Shown: positions 26,772 to 36,717 of the stretch, one piece after another
How the letters are laid out: each line of letters begins with the position of its first letter
Position numbering within the stretch: the first letter of the stretch is position 1
IMG/VR virus record: IMGVR_UViG_3300029267_006021
From: a virus
Reading direction: 5' to 3' (one strand)
DNA length: 64,000 nt
Program-made: the position numbers and the translations under genes
Notes under the pieces: model-generated
What the model saw: only the letters and a program-made list of their open reading frames with translations
Told to the model about the DNA's origin: nothing
Databases searched by the model: none

Positions 26772-28490
26772 CTAAAAACGACCTTCTTCAGGAGATTCTT
26801 CAGGCTCTTCTCCTTTAACCTTCAAATTTAAATAGTCAGCAATTTTTGCAGTGAGGTCAGTTTTATTCGGCAACTCACCTCCTACCCCTGCATAGGCTGC
26901 GGTTATAATATCATTAAATTTCGAATCGGCAACAGTAAACATATCACGTTTAATCTTTTCATTTGCATCCTCGGGGTCAATATTAAGTAATTCCAAAATA
27001 TAGTCAAGTGATAACGAACCCTTCGAATAAAGAGTATACACTTGTTCAAAGTAATCAGAATTACCATAAATAGCAAGACGAGTAAAACTCAACCTTGGAT
27101 AAAGTAAAATCTCATTCCCAAATTCATCAATTTCAATAAAACCCTTTCTTAAGGCTACCGGTTTAAATAAATTCTCTTCAACAAATTCCTGCAAAATTTC
27201 TCTAAATAATAAATATTGCGTATTCATAATCTCTAATGAAATCCGGTTACCACCATAGGTTCCTTCCCCAGTAAGTAATTCTCTAGTAACACCCAAACCT
27301 GCAAATAAAAGATTTTCAGTATGATCCCATTCAGAGGCAAGTTCTAGAAGTCTCTCCTGAGCTCCAACATCTATCCAATGAACTTCAAAATTCGTCACAA
27401 TACAATAATCTGGATCAAGCAAAGATAGATCAACCTGTTCTCTTAAATCTTCAACATCTTGATCGCTTAAATTCTCTGCCCAAACTAAATGTATAGGAGT
27501 CATGTGGCGATCGGCAATTAACGTCTGGGCTTGTCTTAATTTATCTCTAAAAAGCAATGTTCTAAGACAGCGGTCAACAATCGATGTTCCTAAATCCTCA
27601 TACCAAGATCTTCTACGAGCTAAGTGATAGACAAAGGATCCAGTATAGGGATCTGTATCTAACCAAATATTCCGATTTTCTTGTAGAGAATTTTTAACTT
27701 CTTCTGGGAATTCAGAAATAATACGTTCGGCTGTCGGGTCACCCTGTAATGCACGATCAAAAGCAGCTTTTTCATCACCGCTTGGGACAAGTTCTACGCT
27801 TCGAATATCCGTAAAAGAATAAGTCTTCATAATAACATTATCAGGAGGTAATATTGTTAAACGTAGCCAACCGCGATAATTAGGATTTTTCTGCCCAAAA
27901 TCTCGGTCTATCCGTTTTCTCTTCTCTTTAATTTCATCGTCGCTCTGTAAAAAATTGTCGATTTCTAAAGTTTCAGGAGTTGGATAATCAGAAATAGATT
28001 CGTCATCTTCAGCAAATAAAAAACAATTTCCCTGTAACCAATATTCATGAGCAGCACTTAATAAAATTTGGAACAACTTAATACGATTAACCATCTGTTG
28101 AAAGAAAGCTAGAACTTCCCTAGCTTTCTTATGATCTGCTGTACCTTTTGGAAGAGTCAAACGAATTTTTGAAAGTGGTAATTCTGTATGTAAATCAATC
28201 GCTCGTCCCACAATTTCATCTGCTGCATAAAAATGCCGGAAGAATTCTCTCTTTTCTTGAAGAGATCGTGGTAGCTCTAAATAATCTGTTGAAAGCTGAG
28301 GAGAATAAAAAGCAAAAGTACTACTAGTTGCAATATCAGACGAAGCTGTTTTCTGTCTCCCAATTTTCTGAGCGATCTTATGAAGCTTCTCTACCTCTGA
28401 TTTATTACCATTCTTTCCTCGAGCTATTCTAGGATGAAAATCAGAAATAGGCTTTTTTTCTACCTGCTCTTCAGTATTCTCGGCAGCCAC
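26772..28490 (-). CDS. Portal protein
   Basis: AIDLHTELPLSK, HEYWLQGNCF, GTSIVDRCLR, GLGVTRELLTGEGTY; near terminase. Confidence 0.85.
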   Translation of the reverse strand: MAAENTEEQVEKKPISDFHPRIARGKNGNKSEVEKLHKIAQKIGRQKTASSDIATSSTFAFYSPQLSTDYLELPRSLQEKREFFRHFYAADEIVGRAIDLHTELPLSKIRLTLPKGTADHKKAREVLAFFQQMVNRIKLFQILLSAAHEYWLQGNCFLFAEDDESISDYPTPETLEIDNFLQSDDEIKEKRKRIDRDFGQKNPNYRGWLRLTILPPDNVIMKTYSFTDIRSVELVPSGDEKAAFDRALQGDPTAERIISEFPEEVKNSLQENRNIWLDTDPYTGSFVYHLARRRSWYEDLGTSIVDRCLRTLLFRDKLRQAQTLIADRHMTPIHLVWAENLSDQDVEDLREQVDLSLLDPDYCIVTNFEVHWIDVGAQERLLELASEWDHTENLLFAGLGVTRELLTGEGTYGGNRISLEIMNTQYLLFREILQEFVEENLFKPVALRKGFIEIDEFGNEILLYPRLSFTRLAIYGNSDYFEQVYTLYSKGSLSLDYILELLNIDPEDANEKIKRDMFTVADSKFNDIITAAYAGVGGELPNKTDLTAKIADYLNLKVKGEEPEESPEEGRF

Positions 28491-28816
28491 TAATATTCTC
28501 CTGCTCTTAAATAATCCTCTCGAGTAACTATTTTTACATCTTTAAAAAGCATGCATTGTAGCGGATGATCTACATACAACTCGCCAGATCTAATTTTCTC
28601 ATCAATTGCTTCAGGATCAATTGGCTTACCCTCTTTAAATTTTAAACAAAAAACTCCTGCTCCATCATAAGAATCGTGCTGTATCCGCTCATCATTTTCG
28701 TCTTTTATTCCGAGACTACATTTTTCTTGAACAAAATCAAAATAACGACATTTTTTGCAAGATTCCCAACCCAATTCAATCTCTACGCTAACATAAACAG
28801 TACCAATAGAACTCAT
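28490..28816 (-). CDS. Hypothetical Cys-containing protein
   Basis: CKKC..C..C. Confidence 0.5.
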   Translation of the reverse strand: MSSIGTVYVSVEIELGWESCKKCRYFDFVQEKCSLGIKDENDERIQHDSYDGAGVFCLKFKEGKPIDPEAIDEKIRSGELYVDHPLQCMLFKDVKIVTREDYLRAGEY

Positions 28817-28825
28817 TAAAAACTC

Positions 28826-29104
28826 CTAAGCATTTTCAATTATTTTTTCTTCAATTCCTAACAATTCTGTCTCACTTTCTTCAACTTCAGGCAAAACTAG
28901 ACTTAAACGAATATTATTAATGCCTCGAAGCATAGCACCTGTATTTCGCATAAAACCTTTGCAGCGTAAAGAACCTGGTAAATTTTGTTGCTGTTGCATA
29001 ATTTTACCTAATTTTTCCAAGTGTTTCGAAATTTCAACCAAATCTACTTCAATTTTCTTTTTTAAAGAATTAATCTTTTGGGCTATTTCTTTGGGGTCTT
29101 CCAC
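28826..29104 (-). CDS. Hypothetical protein
   Basis: ORF in operon. Confidence 0.45.
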   Translation of the reverse strand: MEDPKEIAQKINSLKKKIEVDLVEISKHLEKLGKIMQQQQNLPGSLRCKGFMRNTGAMLRGINNIRLSLVLPEVEESETELLGIEEKIIENA

Positions 29105-29168
29105 CTTTAAGCGCTTTCAAAAAACTGCATATTTTATTTTTCAAAGATCTAAAAGTACAAATTAAACC

Positions 29169-31007
29169 TTAACGTCTTCTACGTGAAGTCCCAAATACTG
29201 GCCGTTTGCTTGGATACATTCTTCTCTTAAGCATATATTGCCGAGCCAAATGTTCATAATTTGGGGCCTTAAAACGACGATGGTGAATAGAAGAAGCAAT
29301 ACGACTAGCTTTCTCTAAATTTTCGGTAGCTACCCACACACTTCGAACTAAGGCATCTGAAAAGTCATCTTGATGCCCTGTAACTTCAGACTTACTTACA
29401 ACAACCAAATTATTTGAATAACTCTTCTTTTGCAAACGTTTTAATTCTTTAAGATAAACACAATCTTCTTGCTCACCAGTTTTCTGATCGACTATTTCTC
29501 CCGTATTAAATAATCTCAATTTCTTGTCAAGCATCATCAACTTAAAATTGTTATAATATTTAGATTTTAAATCACGCGAAAAATTCACCATCCTTAAACA
29601 GGTGATTTTTTTCTTAGCCAAAATTTGGCGTAGAGGTTCGCCATTAAATTGGTCAAATACCCCATCAGTTACATTATAAAGATTGACAATATCTTCGATC
29701 CAATCAGCAATCGCTTCAAATTCAAGCACATCAGCCTTAGTAACATAAGGTTCATACATAGGATCAACAACAGCATGCGTTGAATAATTTGCGTCAATAT
29801 AAAATAATTCAATCTCACTATTTTGATTCACAGATGTAACAGATAGAGCAGTTCCATTCGCAGACAAACCTAAGTCAATACCTAAAAAAGAAGGAACTCC
29901 TGGAATACCTCGACTTCGAGGAATTAAATCAGGTATAACTACGCTATTTAAATAAGAATGATCTTCAATCCATCCTGACATCTTATCACTAAAGCGAGCG
30001 CCAAACTCTCTCCAATAATTCTCTTTGCCGCCTTTCTCCTTAAATTTAGCCTTCAAATAATGAGAAGGCACGTTCTTTGGATTAACCTCCCAAGAAGAAG
30101 CTTGAATCATTAAAACTCCCATGTCATCCCCATTCTGAATAGATTCTTTATATTTTTCATACATAATGCCTGATTTATTTAAAGGAGATGAAATCATAAT
30201 CATTTTACCATACATCACCCCATCTTTATTAAAACTAGCAATAGAAGGATCTAAAGCATTATAAACTGATCTATCAGAACTTGCTGAAGCACTTTCTGTA
30301 ATATAATGGCAGCATTCATCCATAATCCCAACAATATTACCTGGACCTCTTAATGTTCTTGAAATACAACTGTTAAATGTAATTTTAATTGAAGGGCGCT
30401 TTCCCTTCCCATAGCGTTCAATATCATAATCAGATTCAAGTTTGATATCATTAACAGTTTCACTCACACGGTGATTTGAAAAAACACTACCTCTTAAAAT
30501 GAAATTTGTAGTCATACCATAAAGAAGAGAGGCTTGTTTTCTTGCTGTTGCTACTGTAGTTATCCCGATCTCTGAAGATTCATCTATTTCAAAAAACTTA
30601 TAAGGATCGTATATACTCAAAAGACGATAAACTTCATAACTAGAAATAACAGCAGAAAGAAATGTTTTACCTCCTCGTCTTCCAATCGGTAAAATAAGTG
30701 TCCAATAATTCATCTCAGGAAGTTTTTCAGGATCCTTTAAACTAATTCTTTCATTCTCTCTAAGATACTTCCAATAATCATACTCAGTAAACTTATATAA
30801 GATTTTTTCATTAAAATGATTTGGGATAAGTATGTCTTTTGTCTTCTTATCTAATTTTAATCCATAAAAGCATTTTAAAATAAAGCGTTGCACTGGAGTC
30901 GGATTAACTTGAATAATATCTTTACAAAAAGATAGAATATCTACATGCTGCTCTGAAGAAGGTTGTTTCTTTGAATTAAAATCTTTACATATATCAGAAA
31001 GGGACAT
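29169..31007 (-). CDS. terL: Terminase large subunit
   Basis: GRRGGKT Walker A, IMDE Walker B, ISSP, LGIDLG nuclease, FDQFN, HQDDFSDA. Confidence 0.92.
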   Translation of the reverse strand: MSLSDICKDFNSKKQPSSEQHVDILSFCKDIIQVNPTPVQRFILKCFYGLKLDKKTKDILIPNHFNEKILYKFTEYDYWKYLRENERISLKDPEKLPEMNYWTLILPIGRRGGKTFLSAVISSYEVYRLLSIYDPYKFFEIDESSEIGITTVATARKQASLLYGMTTNFILRGSVFSNHRVSETVNDIKLESDYDIERYGKGKRPSIKITFNSCISRTLRGPGNIVGIMDECCHYITESASASSDRSVYNALDPSIASFNKDGVMYGKMIMISSPLNKSGIMYEKYKESIQNGDDMGVLMIQASSWEVNPKNVPSHYLKAKFKEKGGKENYWREFGARFSDKMSGWIEDHSYLNSVVIPDLIPRSRGIPGVPSFLGIDLGLSANGTALSVTSVNQNSEIELFYIDANYSTHAVVDPMYEPYVTKADVLEFEAIADWIEDIVNLYNVTDGVFDQFNGEPLRQILAKKKITCLRMVNFSRDLKSKYYNNFKLMMLDKKLRLFNTGEIVDQKTGEQEDCVYLKELKRLQKKSYSNNLVVVSKSEVTGHQDDFSDALVRSVWVATENLEKASRIASSIHHRRFKAPNYEHLARQYMLKRRMYPSKRPVFGTSRRRR

Positions 31008-31022
31008 TGGGAGGCCTTTAAA

Positions 31023-31544
31023 TTACTTTTGAGGGCCCATTAACTTCTTCTGAGTCTGTTCCTCCCAAGATGACAAATTTTTAGTTAATTCGTTAAACAT
31101 TGCTTCAATATGGTAAACAGGTACTCCCACTTTTTCAGCCGAAGAATGTACAAGATCTAAAATCTCTTTAAAGACAATTTCAAAAGATTCGCTCTTAAGA
31201 TTAATCGCTTCATTTAGAGCCATTTGACGCTTAGCAAAAATAATATCAGTTAATACTTTTAAAGACCGTATCTTTCTACTATTCTGTTCGAAACAACTCT
31301 TACCCTCAGTTAATCTTTTTTGTATTTCTACGTCAATTAAGGCAATAGTTTTTGCAAGCTCTTCTTCAACCATCCCAATTGTATTGACATCGTTTTTCTG
31401 TGAAACTATTGTGACAATATGATTTTTTGAAGCTTCTTCTTGTAACTTCTGAAATTTCCTAAAAGCAGCCAAATCTTTAATAGAGATTTCATGTATTGAT
31501 TCAAGAGGTATCATTTCATTCTCATTATTCGATTGTGAACTCAT
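31023..31544 (-). CDS. Helical protein, possible terminase small subunit
   Basis: Position immediately upstream of terL. Confidence 0.35.
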   Translation of the reverse strand: MSSQSNNENEMIPLESIHEISIKDLAAFRKFQKLQEEASKNHIVTIVSQKNDVNTIGMVEEELAKTIALIDVEIQKRLTEGKSCFEQNSRKIRSLKVLTDIIFAKRQMALNEAINLKSESFEIVFKEILDLVHSSAEKVGVPVYHIEAMFNELTKNLSSWEEQTQKKLMGPQK

Positions 31545-33384
31545 TTAAACCCTCAATTTCACCTTTAAATGTTTTAGGCCTCTCTGATAATTTTACTGAA
31601 ATCTTAGACCCCTGAAAGAAATTTTTGATTTCTTCTGAATCTTGGGTAACATTTGATTCTAAACTCTTTTTAAATTCTTGAGCAACAAACTTTCGGCCCA
31701 ATTTAGTACAATAAACTTTACTATTAAATAAACAATCTTTACAAGCAGATTTAGGTTCTAATCTTGCATCTTTGTTAATCTTATAACCCTGGCTTCCCAA
31801 CTTCTGGCAATATCTAAAAGCATTTGTATTAATTAGGTCAGATTCTAAAAAAGCTGCTTTAAACAAAAAAGCAATTTTAGTTCCTGGGCACAAACTCTCT
31901 AATTTATGGTGGATACTTTCTATTTTTACTCCTTTTTTAAGAGAAATCTTAATACCCTCAATTAATCGTTTATTTTGTTCTATATCTGATTTATTATTTG
32001 AAGCGCTTAAAGTATATAAAGAAGCTTCTTGTTTTTCAGATTCTTTCGATTGATTAAAACTAAGTAAAAAAAGTTGCTTCAAACGATCTCTCTTATTCTT
32101 CAAGTTTCCAATTTTATCAAGGATATTTTGCTTCGAAATTTTCTTTTGGCTTGCTATCTGTTCAACAAAATAATTAAAAATCTCAGCATTTACTGGTATA
32201 TCTTTATCTAAGAAAGTTAAATCCAATTTTAAACACTTATCTTCACTAGCATGAACACAAGATTCACAAACATTTTCTTTTTGCATAAAGCGAGCTGTTG
32301 CATTAGATTTCTTCAAAATCGAAGCAATCTCGTCACAGTTCTCAAAAGAACCTAGAGTTATGTAAACTCCCCCAAACAATCCCTGCTCTTTGAAAAGTGA
32401 ACGGATTTCTGTTTCCGCTAAACGTAAATTGTCTACTGTGAATTTCTGCTGTAAAAGATTGACTGCTTTCTTTCCATAAACTTGTTTTATAAAACAAGTT
32501 TTTAGAAACTTTACAATGCTATTAATAGCTGAAGCATTCTTTTCAATTTCATTTAGTTTGATCTTCTCTTGGGCTTTAATGGAAGCTAAATTCAAAATCT
32601 CATCTGCTTTTGATATATCTACCTCTGCTTCTAAAGCATGTTCCTGTAAATGAGTACTAAGATTCTCTGATTTTTGTTCTCTTTTTGTGAGAAATATCCT
32701 GCGTATTTGCTCGCTTGGTGAAAGCGAAGAATCTTCATCAAAAATAAAACCATGAGAAGCTACACTTTGTTTAACTTCTTTAACTAAAGATTCATCAAAT
32801 GAAACCTTAAGCACAAGAGGTTTTTCAAACTTTAAGCAGGTCTCTTTTGAATTAAAAGTACAACTCGAGCATTTATTTCTCTTTAAAACAAATCGAACAA
32901 ATGGATATTCTGAAGTTGAAATTTTAGAATCCTGGCAATTATATAAAGATGGGTCGATATAGATAAAACCTAAAAGACCATGCTCTTTTGAGAGGTCAGA
33001 TAAATCTCGAGTGCTTGCTTGAATTGTTCTTTGGTCAAAGTTCTCACGAATAAAACTAGAAAGTTTTGCTCCAAATATTCCTTGAGCCATTGCTAAACGC
33101 ACTCGCTGAATTAAATTTGCAATAGCCTCTTGGGTAACTTCTTGTGTGCTCGATAAAACTGGTTTTTGTTCAACATTGGGAATAAAATTAAATTGGGCAG
33201 GACCTTTGAAAAGTTTATGATCCCAAAGAGACCGTAATTGATCCTTGCTATTTAAGGTCTTTTTATTATCAGGAAGTCGTTCATGCTTTCGATATTCCTC
33301 TTCATCTATATCTAACCAACTCAAATCTTGAATGGGAACATCAGCAGTTTTAACAAAAGATTTTAAAAAAGTATCATCTAACAT
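31525..33384 (-). CDS. Large putative virion protein with repeated Cys-motif domains
   Basis: Three CxxC-x7-C units; EHGLLGFIYI / EQGLFGGVYI repeats. Confidence 0.55.
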   Translation of the reverse strand: MLDDTFLKSFVKTADVPIQDLSWLDIDEEEYRKHERLPDNKKTLNSKDQLRSLWDHKLFKGPAQFNFIPNVEQKPVLSSTQEVTQEAIANLIQRVRLAMAQGIFGAKLSSFIRENFDQRTIQASTRDLSDLSKEHGLLGFIYIDPSLYNCQDSKISTSEYPFVRFVLKRNKCSSCTFNSKETCLKFEKPLVLKVSFDESLVKEVKQSVASHGFIFDEDSSLSPSEQIRRIFLTKREQKSENLSTHLQEHALEAEVDISKADEILNLASIKAQEKIKLNEIEKNASAINSIVKFLKTCFIKQVYGKKAVNLLQQKFTVDNLRLAETEIRSLFKEQGLFGGVYITLGSFENCDEIASILKKSNATARFMQKENVCESCVHASEDKCLKLDLTFLDKDIPVNAEIFNYFVEQIASQKKISKQNILDKIGNLKNKRDRLKQLFLLSFNQSKESEKQEASLYTLSASNNKSDIEQNKRLIEGIKISLKKGVKIESIHHKLESLCPGTKIAFLFKAAFLESDLINTNAFRYCQKLGSQGYKINKDARLEPKSACKDCLFNSKVYCTKLGRKFVAQEFKKSLESNVTQDSEEIKNFFQGSKISVKLSERPKTFKGEIEGLNEFTIE

Positions 33385-33397
33385 TGTAATTCCTCAA

Positions 33398-33979
33398 CTA
33401 AGGGGTGAAGTGATTTTCCTCTTCAAATTCAGTTCTTCTAATCTGATCTATTTCTCTTGACAACTGTTCAGGTGTTTTTTCAGGTATTCGTCCTGTTTCT
33501 TCTATCTCACGTAAATCATCAAGAGATAATTCAGATTCATAATCTTCCACTTGTTCATTCAATTTATCTTCAGCATAGTCATTTAATTTTTCCTCTGTTT
33601 CTTCACTTAATTCTTCTTTTGATTCTTCTTCATGCTGCTCTTTTAAACGTTTCCAAACAGGATTATTTGAAACTTCATCATCTATAGCATCAATAACTTG
33701 TGCTACGTTATCAATAGTAGCACTTATAATGTCTTTGGTATCTTTAAGCGAAAGAGCAAATCCTCTCCCACCTATCATACCATCAGGAGTAATTTGCGGG
33801 GTTTTCATCCGAGCGAGTAAAGTGAACGATCTAGTCAAATTTCTTTGAGCTCGAGTAAGAGGCACTAAAACCTCTTCGAGCGAAAATAAAGCATTAAGAT
33901 TAGGATTGAAATCTGCCGAATTCTCACGAACTTGAGATTCAATAAAACGTTTCATAATTCGAGCTGTTCTTTGATTCAT
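33398..33979 (-). CDS. Hypothetical (head module) protein
   Basis: ITPDGMIGGRGF; N-terminal RTAR. Confidence 0.55.
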   Translation of the reverse strand: MNQRTARIMKRFIESQVRENSADFNPNLNALFSLEEVLVPLTRAQRNLTRSFTLLARMKTPQITPDGMIGGRGFALSLKDTKDIISATIDNVAQVIDAIDDEVSNNPVWKRLKEQHEEESKEELSEETEEKLNDYAEDKLNEQVEDYESELSLDDLREIEETGRIPEKTPEQLSREIDQIRRTEFEEENHFTP

Positions 33980-33982
33980 GTC

Positions 33983-34228
33983 TTATCCTTTTAGAGGAGA
34001 TTTCTCATGCTCAAAAAGACGATAAACAACTAGATTACCTTCAGCATCTTCTTCTACTTTCCATAAATCCTTGTCAGCCTTACTAATAAGATTGCTCTCA
34101 GATACTCGAATAAAATCTGCGAGTTTATCTAGAGAAGATATCTTCCTTAGATCTAACTTTTTCTGTTTAAACACGAAATCAAAACTATTGTCTGATGCCC
34201 AGTTAAAACCGCCTAAAAATTTGCTCAT
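33983..34228 (-). CDS. Small hypothetical (head module) protein
   Basis: First gene after late motif 34273-34288; LISKADKDLWKV. Confidence 0.55.
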   Translation of the reverse strand: MSKFLGGFNWASDNSFDFVFKQKKLDLRKISSLDKLADFIRVSESNLISKADKDLWKVEEDAEGNLVVYRLFEHEKSPLKG

Positions 34229-34335
34229 CTATCTTACCTCACAAACTAAAATACAGGATCTAAAGTTTTAGATTATTAGTGAAGTATTGGTTTTTGAGTG
34301 AATCTAAAAACAAAAGAAGTGCTTAATTCAGATTT

Positions 34336-35061
34336 CTAAACAACAATATCTGAAAGGGCAATATTTCTCTGTTTTTTCCATCTAGGTACTTCAACTTCTC
34401 TTAAAATATTTAAATTGTCGCTTACCATCTTTAAGGAAGTATAGTAAATCTTAAATTTTGGATCATCTTTAGACTTTTCTTGGATTTTTTTAAGATTACG
34501 TAAAAACCGATGCCGCACACCGCATTGTGATAGACCAACTTCGCGAGCAACTACTGATTGACATGATGTTTCAAAAATGCGAAGCATAATAGTCACTTCA
34601 ATATTCTCAATCAAATTTTCTTCGGAACAATTTGGGCAAAGAGAAAAAGAATTTTCAAATTCTTTATGGCATTTCGGGCACCAATATTTAACTTCATTCC
34701 CGTTCAAAAAGCAAATTAAATCTTTCCGCATTTCGTCAACATCAACCTTAGGTAAATTAATCAAAAACTGTAGTCTCTTAATTGCTTTGCGTAAGCGAAG
34801 TGAAATAGCTCCTTGTGTCACGCCTAAGATACGAGCCATTTGTTTTTGACCTTTACCTAAGATAAAATACATATATATAAGGTCTACCTCGCGCGGAGGA
34901 ATACGCAGCAATAAATCCTTAATCTGACTTAAGGACCCTTTAAATCTAATTTTCTCAGCGCTAATAGATAAACGTCCGCTTTTTGAAAACCTCCGAGCTA
35001 GTTCGACTGGATCGGTACTCTGAACAAAACTCATTCTTGAGCTCCAAAAAGGCTCTCCCAT
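34336..35061 (-). CDS. Sigma70 region-4-like double-HTH transcription factor with zinc ribbon
   Basis: IPPREVDLI..QKQMARILGVTQGAISLRL; second HTH QSVVAREVGLSQCGVRHRF; CPKC..CPNC. Confidence 0.7.
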   Translation of the reverse strand: MGEPFWSSRMSFVQSTDPVELARRFSKSGRLSISAEKIRFKGSLSQIKDLLLRIPPREVDLIYMYFILGKGQKQMARILGVTQGAISLRLRKAIKRLQFLINLPKVDVDEMRKDLICFLNGNEVKYWCPKCHKEFENSFSLCPNCSEENLIENIEVTIMLRIFETSCQSVVAREVGLSQCGVRHRFLRNLKKIQEKSKDDPKFKIYYTSLKMVSDNLNILREVEVPRWKKQRNIALSDIVV

Positions 35062-35933
35062 TGTTGGAAATGTTTAAGAAGATCAAACATTTCTAACATT
35101 TGGAGTGAATCTTTTAAAGATTCGGCGTCAAAATCTGAATGATTTACTGAAACATCTACATACTCTTTTAGTTTAATAAGTTCAAAATTCTTGTAGGCCT
35201 GCTCCATAAAATCAGATATCTTAGTCATTTGATTTTTGGTTAAAAAATCAAATGACTCTAACTGAGTATAAATTTGGTCAATTGTTGAAGAACCATTAAG
35301 AGAAACATGTTTTAAAATTTTGACTACCTGCTTCTTAGGCAAGCGTGAAACACCAGGAATATTATCACTTCGGTCACCTGTAAATACTTTTAGAAAAATA
35401 ATACCTTGAGGCAAAAGTCCGAACTCGTCGAGTACTTTTTGTTCACTATAAATAACTTCATCTTTTTTACCCATTTTAGGTTTGATAACAAGAACCTGAG
35501 GATCTACTAGCTGCAGAAAATCTTTATCAGCACTAATGATCACAAACTTCTTAACATCTTTACGATACTTCTGAATAAAGCTACTAATTAAATCATCTGC
35601 TTCTTCAAATTCTAAACGGGCTTGCCGCACACCAAGATATCTTAAAATATCCGTTAGTATTTCAAGCTGAGAAGAAAACTCTGAAAAACCTTCTTTGTTT
35701 CGATGAGCTTTATATTCAGCAAAAATTGATTTCTTGATAATTGGTTGGTCATCCCAGAAAACTACTAAATCTCCACCTTTCGGTTTAAAACGTTGTTTTA
35801 ATGAACGAAGAGATTTTAAAAAACCATAGATTAAACCTGTTGCTTGGTTTGTAGTAGTTCTCAGCATTCTAAAGACATGATGGGCTCTATATGCTAGATG
35901 GCTTCCATCAATGAGAACTTCAAATTTTGGCAT
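35031..35933 (-). CDS. 5'-3' exonuclease (PolA N-terminal/flap endonuclease family)
   Basis: LIDGSHLAYR, EYKAHR, FEEADD, SADKDFLQL, GDRSDNIPGV. Confidence 0.92.
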   Translation of the reverse strand: MPKFEVLIDGSHLAYRAHHVFRMLRTTTNQATGLIYGFLKSLRSLKQRFKPKGGDLVVFWDDQPIIKKSIFAEYKAHRNKEGFSEFSSQLEILTDILRYLGVRQARLEFEEADDLISSFIQKYRKDVKKFVIISADKDFLQLVDPQVLVIKPKMGKKDEVIYSEQKVLDEFGLLPQGIIFLKVFTGDRSDNIPGVSRLPKKQVVKILKHVSLNGSSTIDQIYTQLESFDFLTKNQMTKISDFMEQAYKNFELIKLKEYVDVSVNHSDFDAESLKDSLQMLEMFDLLKHFQQWESLFGAQE

Positions 35934-36147
35934 TCTAATCTCTTTAATAATCTACTAATTACGTAAAATGTTTAAAAGTATAGTTCTATTTTTAAATTCC
36001 TACTTAAAAAACATTTCTAATCTATTCATTTTACATTCTTAAGAGAGAGAAATAAATAACTTTTTTTAAAGAGTTGTGTGATAAAAACTATATCTATAAC
36101 AAATCTTGTTATAAAGAAATGCTCTTTTTTTGAATCAGAAAAAATAG

Positions 36148-36717
36148 TTAATGGGGCTTGATGAATTCAAAATCTTTGAAATAATCAAAAAATGACTTTT
36201 TCTTTAGAGCCTTTTGTAAACTAGCAAGAGGTACCTCAATCAAGAGTTCAGTGCTTCTTAAATCATCGACTAAAACAAGAGCTATCTGATTTTCTTTATT
36301 TATAAGGGTCCCACGCAACGCCTTACAGGTTCCATCCATAATTTCAACAAAATCACCTTCTTCAAGATTTTTTGTTGTTAATTTTACTAATTGCTTCTTT
36401 AAAGATTTAATCTTAGATTCAGGTACAAATTCAATAACCCGAAGCCCATTTTGAGTGTGAGTTAAAATAGACTTAAAATGAACATCATCCTCTATTGCGA
36501 AAAACTTTTCATTTGAGCAATTTGACTTACAAAAAACATAGCCATCAAACAAATAAACTTTTTCATCACATACGGAATTCTCTAACCAAAAAACTGGAAC
36601 AAAAACTTCTGTATCTGCAGTATTCAAGATTTCTTTTAAAACAGAGGGAATTTCTTTAATTTTTTTCTCACCCTGAGATGAAAGTTCTACAACTACCCAT
36701 CCGCGTTTTCTAGCCAT
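36148..36717 (-). CDS. NusG/RfaH-like transcription factor
   Basis: WVVV..VFVP..LFDGYVF NGN-like domain; EGDFVEIMDG..LRG KOW motif. Confidence 0.7.
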   Translation of the reverse strand: MARKRGWVVVELSSQGEKKIKEIPSVLKEILNTADTEVFVPVFWLENSVCDEKVYLFDGYVFCKSNCSNEKFFAIEDDVHFKSILTHTQNGLRVIEFVPESKIKSLKKQLVKLTTKNLEEGDFVEIMDGTCKALRGTLINKENQIALVLVDDLRSTELLIEVPLASLQKALKKKSFFDYFKDFEFIKPH

